Assembly: GCA_054661495.1 (NCBI GenBank)
Contig: BAAFSQ010000468.1
Span: 1-5,772, forward strand
Length of the DNA: 5,772 nucleotides
Reading direction: 5' to 3'
Origin: Zygophlyctis sp. KS116
Lineage: Eukaryota > Fungi > Chytridiomycota
Position 1 is the stretch's first letter, and every line of letters begins with the position of its first letter. Position numbers and translations under genes: made by a program. Positions 1 through 5,772 of the stretch are shown one piece after another. Under the pieces are notes generated by a model, which saw only the letters and a list, made by a program, of their open reading frames with translations, was not told the origin of the DNA and searched no databases.

Positions 1-132
1 GTTATTGGTAGGTCAGTTGTAGTGCATGCAGATGCGGATGATCTTGGTCTTGGAGGGCATGAACTGAGTAAGACTACTGGGAATGCTGGTGCAAGATTGG
101 CGTGTGGTGTGATTGGATTGTCAAAGATTTAA
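1..132 (+). CDS. SOD1: Cu/Zn superoxide dismutase, 3' end (5'-partial), upstream tandem copy
   Basis: Frame 1 reads [43 protein letters not shown], with stop TAA at 130-132. It contains the Cu ligand His (VVHA), the GNAGxRxACGxIG signature, the catalytic Arg and the disulfide Cys. It is not in the ORF track. Confidence 0.96.
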   Translation, partial: VIGRSVVVHADADDLGLGGHELSKTTGNAGARLACGVIGLSKI

Positions 133-183
133 AAGAAAACATTTCATTGAATCTTAATTTGAGACATCTTTTACAGTTTTTTT
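1..183 (+). repeat. Tandem duplication unit, copy A (partner at 839..~1022, offset 838 nt)
   Basis: 1-132 and 839-970 differ at 9 of 132 nt by manual comparison. Similarity continues about 50 nt past the stop (aagaaaacatt(t)tcattgaatcttaatttgaga...). Confidence 0.93.
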
Positions 184-240
184 AGATTCTGCAAAGTAAT
201 CAGGACATGAGAAACCTCTTGATCATTCATGTTACGAAAT

Positions 241-329
241 TACATCTGATCTGTTGCCTGTTGCTATAAATAGTAAGTGGCGTCATTTCACAAAAGTACA
301 TCTGATATGCTATAAATAGTAATTGGCGT
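241..329 (+). promoter_or_regulatory. Duplicated TATA-containing element upstream of the second SOD
   Basis: tacatctgat-ctgttgcctgt-tgctataaatagtaagtggcgt (241-283) and tacatctgat-a-tgctataaatagtaattggcgt (297-329). TATAAATA lies at 265-272 and 311-318. The repeat is directly visible; promoter function is inferred. Confidence 0.65.
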
Positions 330-358
330 ACAGATAAATATAAGTTGTAAATTATCAA

Positions 359-970
359 ATGAAATTCATAGCAAACATTTTTGGGTCTACTGCATTACTA
401 TCTATTATATTTTCAAATCTGATATCTGAAGTAATAAGTAAACCTCTCCCCGATTTTCCAAGAGCAAAGGGAAGCAACCCAATGAAGGCAGTTGTTTTTT
501 TAAAGACGGATACTGTAGTCTATGGAAATGTGACCTTTAGCCAGATGAAAAAGGGATCGCCTGTAAGTATTCAAGTCTCTCTATCTGGTCTAAAACCGGG
601 TTCTCATGGAATTCATATTCATGAATTTGGTGATCTAACCGGAGGTTGTGCTTCTAGTGGAGGTAATAAAAAGGTTCATTAATAAACAGGCCATTTTAAT
701 CCTTTTGGAAAGACTCATGGCGCTCCAACGGCTTGTGAAAGACATGTTGGTGATTTAGGAAATATAGTTACCGATGAGTCTGGTAAAGTTCAAGTGACTT
801 TACAAGATTCTCTAGTGTCTCTTCATGGATCACTATCCGTTATTGGTAGGGCGGTCGTAGTGCATGCAGATGCGGATGATCTTGGTCTTGGAGGACATCA
901 GCTCAGTAATACAACTGGGAATGCTGGTGCAAGATTGGCGTGTGGTGTGATTGGATTGTCAAAGATTTAA
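359..970 (+). CDS. SOD1: Cu/Zn superoxide dismutase with 41-aa N-terminal extension; join(359..662,690..970), 194 aa
   Basis: Spliced product contains [18 protein letters not shown]|[26 protein letters not shown] and [13 protein letters not shown]. All Cu/Zn ligands, both disulfide Cys and the catalytic Arg are present. The N-terminus is hydrophobic, and an internal Met42 (ATG 482) begins the canonical MKAVVFL core. Confidence 0.96.
663..689 (+). other. Spliceosomal intron, 27 nt (SOD)
   Basis: gtaataaaaaggttcattaataaacag. Removal restores SSGGHFNP. It carries an in-frame TAA at 680-682. Confidence 0.93.
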
Positions 971-1022
971 AAGAAAACATTTTCATTGAATCTTAATTTG
1001 AGAATCTTTATAGAGTTTTTTA
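839..1022 (+). repeat. Tandem duplication unit, copy B
   Basis: Near-identical to 1..~183. Similarity decays at about 1010-1022. Confidence 0.92.
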
Positions 1023-1072
1023 CTTGTGAATTCACTAAAGGTTTGGGCGGTGAGTAAAATTTGAAGTCAAAA

Positions 1073-1805
1073 ATGGAATTTCTGCAAAATCCAACTGCAC
1101 CAAAAGTCCCTAAATCAATGGCTGAAAAGGAAAGTACTGCTAGGCTGATTGTGATTCTAGACAATTGTTCTCTAGAGACTGTTAAATTAGGAAAAGGAAA
1201 GGAAGGCCATTATGCATTACTAAATTCCGATGATCATGGGCATTTACTAAAGAAAAATGGAAAATCACTTACAGACTATCGTCCAGACATTACTCATCAA
1301 TGTCTCTTAGCATTATTAGATTCTCCATTAAACAAGGCTGGTAAACTACTAGTGTATTTGAGAACTGCTAAAAATGTCTTGATAGAAATTAATCCTCATA
1401 TCAGAATTCCCAGAACTTTTAAAAGATTTTGTGGTTTAATGGGTAATTTTTTAAAAAAGAATTTATTGTATAGTTCAATTATTACACAAGTTATCAATAA
1501 GATCTGTCGATGGTCCTGAAAAATTGATAAAAGTAATCAAGAATCCAATTTCAGATCATTTACCTCCAAATATTAGAAAAATAACTCTTTCTGGAGATTC
1601 ACCAACAGTTAAATTATCATCATGGGTTCCAAGTACAACTAAATTAGATGAATCAGTTGCAATATTTATAGGAGCTATGGCACATGGTAATGATGATTTT
1701 GGAGAAGTTGATGATTCAATCTCAATCTCAGAGTATCCATTGTCTGCTGCAATAGCGTGCTCTAAAATAACTCAGTCATTTGAAGACTTTTGGGGAATCT
1801 TGTGA
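1073..1805 (+). CDS. EMG1: 18S rRNA pseudouridine N1-methyltransferase EMG1/NEP1 (SPOUT family); join(1073..1442,1474..1805), 233 aa
   Basis: Motifs [54 protein letters not shown]|[45 protein letters not shown] and the FEDFWGIL C-terminus. The first ATG is at 1073; the ORF track start at 1061 is a TTG. Confidence 0.97.
1443..1473 (+). other. Spliceosomal intron, 31 nt (EMG1)
   Basis: gtaattttttaaaaaagaatttattgtatag. Removal restores [12 protein letters not shown] and joins the two ORF-track fragments. Confidence 0.95.
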
Positions 1806-1929
1806 TTTAAGATTAGTTTATACTTAATAGAAATTTAAAGCACTGGAATTTATAGTCTGAAAAGTGAAAATAAGAATTTAACAAGGTGGACATGATGATT
1901 TTACTGTGAAATTTAGGTTTGAATTTTTG

Positions 1930-4537
1930 ATGCACTCTGCGCTGCTGCGACTGTTGAGATCAGAGTTCTTTGACTTTCGGCTGGGATTGATGTATCTTTC
2001 TAAATATGTTAAAAATGTCGGAATTCAATCCTTTATCATTAATCAATTGAAAAACATTTCAGAGCAAGAATTAAGATTTATTTTGCCGCAATTATGCCAT
2101 TTGTTAATATCTCATGATGGTCTGGCAGGACTAATTGAAAAATTTCTTCTGGAAAAGGTTGTTGAATCTAGTCATATTGCAATAGAGGTAAATATTATTT
2201 TTTATGAGTTATAGACGATTTGGTTTTTAGAAGCACATTTTCTGGATTTAAAGAATTCTTCTCCAGATTCGGACGCTTGTAAATCTGCTAAACAGTTGCT
2301 AATTGAATTTCATAATGCCATCAATCAATCAAGGGAAAAATGTACAATGATTCAAGATCATATAGAAGAAGCTGTAATTGGGATTACGTCAATGTTTTGT
2401 GCACTTGTAAACCCCAAAATACATGATATTTTAAAGGATGATGTTTTATATCTTGGTAAGAGAGTAAGGAGGAAAGATGATGTTAAAATACAAAGGAAAA
2501 GTGGGGAGTTATCTCCAAAATTTTCAATTTTAAGACGGTCATCAGTCATTGGTGTGAATGACTTTCATGATTTCAGAAATTCTTTATTGAAATTACCATT
2601 TGGAAATTTAGATACAGGAAATAACTTATTATCAAAAAATTTAAATGAAAATGGGAATACTACAAATTATAGCGTTGCAAGATATTTCTTGGCAGAAACT
2701 CAATTTTTAAAGTCTTTAACAGATATTTCTGAACGTCTTCAAACTCTTTCAAAATTTAATAGACAAAAAACTTTAATAGCAGAACTTGCAATATTTAATC
2801 ATTCACTGCCTGCAAAAGTATGTCTTCCTTTATGGTGTAGAGCAACTTCAATTAGTGATCATCATCATAGAATAGTTAGGATATCTCCAAATGATGCAGT
2901 GGTTTTAAATTCTGCTGAAAGGGTAACTTTGTTTTGCTAATCATGATAGGTTCCATATCTGATTTTAGTTGAAATTATTCATCCTAGTTCAGAACGTGGA
3001 TCAGTCACTAGTCTTAATTCGAAAGCCGTCTCGCCATCGTTTTTGTTAAATCCACTTGACATGGCTGAACTTGAAGAGGAATTCATAGAGCAGAGTGATA
3101 TAGCTTATGGTTTAACAAAAAATCCTAGTTCTAGTTTTGAAACATCAGACTCAAAATTCAAATCTCTGGAGGAGAGTGAGGTAGTTGATTTGGTAAAAGA
3201 TATTGGAGATAATCGGCTGGATATATCAAAAGAAGATTTAGACTTACGGATGAGAACTGCAGCGGTTATGTTAGCACAATTATATCAACAAGGAATTGAA
3301 ACAAGAACTTCTGACCCGGCGAAATCTGAACAAATTTCAAAGAATATAAATGAAATAAGGTCACGCTTGATACATGAAATGATGGAGCTAGAGGCCATTA
3401 GAATTTCTTCACTTGAAGCTCGTTTAGGAGATTTATCAGTCCGACCCATGAACTTGGGAGATCGCCCAAAAGATTTATCACGTCCTGATCATGAAGACCC
3501 TTCTGCAGCTGTTTTTAAAGAACCGTGGGCTGTTAAAAGAGAAAGAATTCGACTTTCTTCACCGTTTGGGAAAGATCCAAACTGGGATTTGGTGTCTGTT
3601 ATAGTAAAGACTGGTGCTGATTTACGACAAGAACAATTAGCACTCCAAATAATTCATGAAATTTCTTGCATATGGAAACATGATAATCTATCAGCATGGG
3701 TATATAAGTAAAATATTTTTCTTGTAATATTTTAGTTTTAATATTCTAATTATGTCAAATCAAGCAGGACTTATAGAAACAATTCAAGATGCCATTTCTA
3801 TACATTCAATCAAAAAACATGGCAAGAAAGCACTAGACCCAAATCAAAAGTCTTACTCTTTGACAGAATATTATATGACTGTATTTCTAATTGTACTAAT
3901 CAAAGGAATTTCCAGATTTTCACATTGCCCAAGACTGTTTCATGAAAAGTTTAGCTGGATATTCCATAATTTGTTACCTTCTTCAAATTAAAGACCGGTA
4001 TTTATTTCAGATTTATAATATTAGTCATAATGGAAATATTTTAATTGATAATGAAGGTCATTTAATTCATATTGATTTTGGATTTATGTTTTCTAATTCT
4101 CCTGGATCGGTCGGATTTGAACTAGCCCCTTTTAAATTACCAGAAGAATATCTTGAACTTCTTGGAGGAACTGAATCTCTAATTTATAAAAATTTTATAG
4201 ACTTGTTGGTAGAGTCATTTATCTCTATCCGCAAGAAAGCCGACTGGATTATTGGATTAGTAGAATTAATGGAATATAGTTCTCGACTACCATGCTTTAC
4301 TGGAATTACTAATCCTAATTCTAGTAATTCTCAACCACAAACAGTAAAAGTCAAGAGCGTCTCTTTAGCTCTTCGTGATCGCCTACAACTTGGTCTAACA
4401 GAACCTCAAGTGTATGAATTCATTAGAAATCTAGTACAATCTTCAGCGAATAATAATTTTACAAAATTGTATGATACATTTCAAGTAAATAAGAATAATC
4501 TAATTTATAGTATTACGCAAATGGAATTCTATATTAG
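1930..4537 (+). CDS. PIK1: Phosphatidylinositol 4-kinase type III-beta (Pik1/PI4KB); join(1930..2187,2215..2922,2950..3707,3736..3880,3906..3997,4025..4484,4511..4537), 815 aa
   Basis: N-terminal helical region LLRLLRSEFF...FILPQLCHL; HHHRIVRISPNDAVVLNSAER|VPYLILVE; EDPSAAVFKEPWAVKRERIRLSSPFG; catalytic Lys in VIVKTGADLRQEQLA; GLIETIQDAISIHSIKK; SLAGYSIICYLLQIKDR|HNGNIL; HIDFGF; FELAPFKL; C-terminus TKLYDTFQ|YYANGILY*. All six junctions keep frame. Further stopless in-frame introns in poorly conserved parts cannot be excluded. Confidence 0.95.
2188..2214 (+). other. Spliceosomal intron 1 of PIK1, 27 nt
   Basis: gtaaatattattttttatgagttatag. Gives SHIAIE|TIWFLEA. The acceptor TAG is itself an in-frame stop. 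Confidence 0.88.
2923..2949 (+). other. Spliceosomal intron 2 of PIK1, 27 nt
   Basis: gtaactttgttttgctaatcatgatag, with branch-like GCTAAT. Restores LNSAER|VPY. Contains in-frame TAA, TGA and TAG. Confidence 0.94.
3708..3735 (+). other. Spliceosomal intron 3 of PIK1, 28 nt
   Basis: gtaaaatatttttcttgtaatattttag. Gives AWVYN|FNILIMSNQAGLIE. Confidence 0.92.
3881..3905 (+). other. Spliceosomal intron 4 of PIK1, 25 nt
   Basis: gtatttctaattgtactaatcaaag, with branch-like TACTAAT and an AAG acceptor. Gives EYYMT|EFPDFHIAQDCFMKSLAGYS. Confidence 0.88.
3998..4024 (+). other. Spliceosomal intron 5 of PIK1, 27 nt, in frame and stopless
   Basis: gtatttatttcagatttataatattag. Removal restores the invariant KDRHNGN. 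The ORF track reads through it as KDR-YLFQIYNIS-HNGN. Confidence 0.95.
4485..4510 (+). other. Spliceosomal intron 6 of PIK1, 26 nt
   Basis: gtaaataagaataatctaatttatag, with branch-like CTAAT. Gives the family-typical end YDTFQ|YYANGILY*. Confidence 0.92.
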
Positions 4538-4558
4538 CCCTTAAACTAGAACATTATA

Positions 4559-5663
4559 ATGTTGAGACTCACCTTGTATCCAAATCATTTTACATTCAAT
4601 GACTCTGAGACATTGTCCTATTCAGAGCCTTACTTACAGATTTTAGATTATATTTCCAAGGGAGAAATTCCTCCATTTTTCAAGGATTTGGATCCACTTT
4701 TTTACAATGGAAATTTAAATATTTCTGTCTGTGACGCTAGACAGAATCCTCCATTTATGACAGAGATTGAATGTAGACCCGGACCAACATTCCTTCACAA
4801 AGACTTGAGATCGCACTTTAATCAAGTTGACATTGTAGACGCAGAAGCTTCATTTGTTGCACAATATCATGCGCTAGACTTGAATCCAAGTATAGAAACC
4901 TTGTATAAATCACAATCTGAACATTACAATCGTATAAAAATGCCTTTTATTCTTCATAAAAAACGGAAAATTGAAACTGCAAGGGAAGAAGGATCAAGTA
5001 TGAAGGAGCTTTATGAAAAACTCACACTCATGTTGGGTGAATCAACTTTTATTCCTAAATTTACATTACTAAATTTCATTCAAGATTGGAAGAAAAAAAA
5101 GGAAATGGCAGATGCACAAGTTTTACAAGTATTACCTGATAAGAAGAAGAGTAATTATTTATTCTAAAATAAAGCTAAAAAGAGTGGATTGTCAATAATA
5201 GGACCACAGAATAGATGTGTTAGAACTTTAAAATTTGAGCAAGAAATCTTGGGAAGTATGTTTTTATATTTTTTAAAAATTAGAGAAAAAGCATACAATT
5301 TTAAATATATACGAAATACAAACAAATGAATTTGAAGCAATTTTAAGATGGGGAACATGTGAAGGAACAAGTATAAATGGATCAACTTTAAGGTATCCAT
5401 TAGGGAATAAAGTTGCTGTGGAATATTATATTGGTCATTTCAAAGGATTTTATGGAATAACACATAGATTAGTATTAGATTCTATAGCTGCACCAAAGTT
5501 ACATGTTAAAGCATCTTCAGTTTCTTCAAATATGAATGATCAAAATGATGAAAGAATGTCTACAGTATCTTCAATTGCAACTTCAGATCAAGAATCACCC
5601 CTATTAGCCACTGAAAGACGGCCTTCTGTAGTAAAACTTAAAGTTAAGCCTCTTAAAAAGTAA
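4559..5663 (+). CDS. SPT20: Spt20/SUPT20H-family SAGA complex subunit (putative); join(4559..5150,5175..5255,5284..5663), 350 aa
   Basis: LRLTLYPNHFTF...YSEPYLQILDYISKGEIPPFF...FYNGNLNISVCDAR...LDLNPS resembles the Spt20 conserved domain pattern (LxxxLyPxxF; Y; lLeyixxgeIPP; FYxGclivevxDxR; LxLdPs), recognised from memory rather than by search. Two predicted introns join it in frame to the 5418..5663 ORF. Confidence 0.75.
5151..5174 (+). other. Spliceosomal intron 1 of Spt20-like gene, 24 nt
   Basis: gtaattatttattctaaaataaag, with in-frame TAA at 5165-5167. The frame stays open after it (TKKSGLSIIGPQNRCVRTLKFEQ). Confidence 0.75.
5256..5283 (+). other. Spliceosomal intron 2 of Spt20-like gene, 28 nt
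   Basis: gtatgtttttatattttttaaaaattag, with a strong GTATGT donor. It shifts into a frame open from 5284 to TAA 5661-5663. Confidence 0.82.
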
Positions 5664-5691
5664 TACCTTTTTTAAATGTTTCTTTTCACGC

Positions 5692-5772
5692 TTATCTTGT
5701 TTGTACCTAATTAGTACAGTACAAGAGCGTGTTTTCAGGGATCCTACCTGCCACTTAGCTATCCTATTCCCA
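5692..5772 (-). CDS. Possible 3' end of a convergent gene; complement(join(5692..5706,5748..>5772)), ...GNRIAKWQ|VQTR*
   Basis: Only one minus frame is open at the edge. The minus strand reads CAG|GTAGGA...TACTAATTAG|G, a 41-nt intron-like segment (5707-5747) with a branch motif, followed by TAA at 5694-5692. Too short to identify. Confidence 0.35.

Noticed and set aside
241-329. CRISPR-like repeat-spacer
   Set aside because: There are only two imperfect copies with a 13-nt gap, no cas genes and a eukaryotic context.
967-1164. Minus-strand 65-aa ORF
   Set aside because: It is antisense to the EMG1 5' end and SOD 3' flank with no recognisable motif; a shadow ORF.
2358-2549. Minus-strand 63-aa ORF
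   Set aside because: It lies wholly antisense within PIK1 exon 2 with no supporting features.
5284-5285. Alternative acceptor AG two nt downstream (TAGAG) in Spt20-like intron 2
   Set aside because: It would keep the exon-2 frame, which stops at TGA near 5328 and loses the long open last exon.
5164-5400. Minus-strand 78-aa hydrophobic ORF
   Set aside because: The region is explained by + strand exons and introns of the Spt20-like gene; the L/F/I richness is the antisense of A-rich codons.
1061-5420. ORF-track starts at 1061, 1524, 1906, 2296, 3043, 3752, 3942 and 5418
   Set aside because: These are TTG/GTG or internal ATG codons, within spliced genes or just upstream of the true ATGs (1073, 1930).
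359-5663. Pseudogenes, programmed frameshifts, stop readthrough or an alternative genetic code as the cause of broken ORFs
   Set aside because: Every break coincides with a 24-31 nt GT-AG segment whose removal restores the frame and usually a conserved motif. True gene ends use TAA, TGA and TAG.
1-5663. Prokaryotic operon, defence system or functional gene cluster
   Set aside because: The genes are intron-containing eukaryotic housekeeping genes from unrelated pathways; co-orientation alone is not evidence of a shared system.
5660-5714. Possible further + strand intron (GTAATA...TAG) removing the Spt20-like stop
   Set aside because: It would be 55 nt, about twice the local intron size, and nothing recognisable follows; TAA 5661-5663 is the simpler end.

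Overview
This is AT-rich eukaryotic nuclear DNA in the standard genetic code (TAA/TAG/TGA all used as stops). It probably comes from a very compact early-diverging fungus (chytrid- or Rozella-like; the taxon is inference). The fragmented ORF track is explained by ten tiny GT-AG introns of 24-31 nt. After splicing, the + strand carries five genes head-to-tail. They are: the 3' end of a Cu/Zn superoxide dismutase (<1..132); a complete tandem SOD paralog with an N-terminal signal-like extension (359..970); EMG1/NEP1 (1073..1805); a 7-exon PI 4-kinase III-beta/PIK1 (1930..4537); and an Spt20-family SAGA subunit (4559..5663) starting only 21 nt after the PIK1 stop. The 3' end of a convergent gene may lie at the right edge. 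I found no mobile element, CRISPR array, RNA gene or prokaryotic-type system. The most interesting points are possible multi-compartment targeting of the duplicated SOD, a stopless in-frame intron splitting the kinase DRH catalytic motif, the tiny-intron architecture, and the extreme gene packing.
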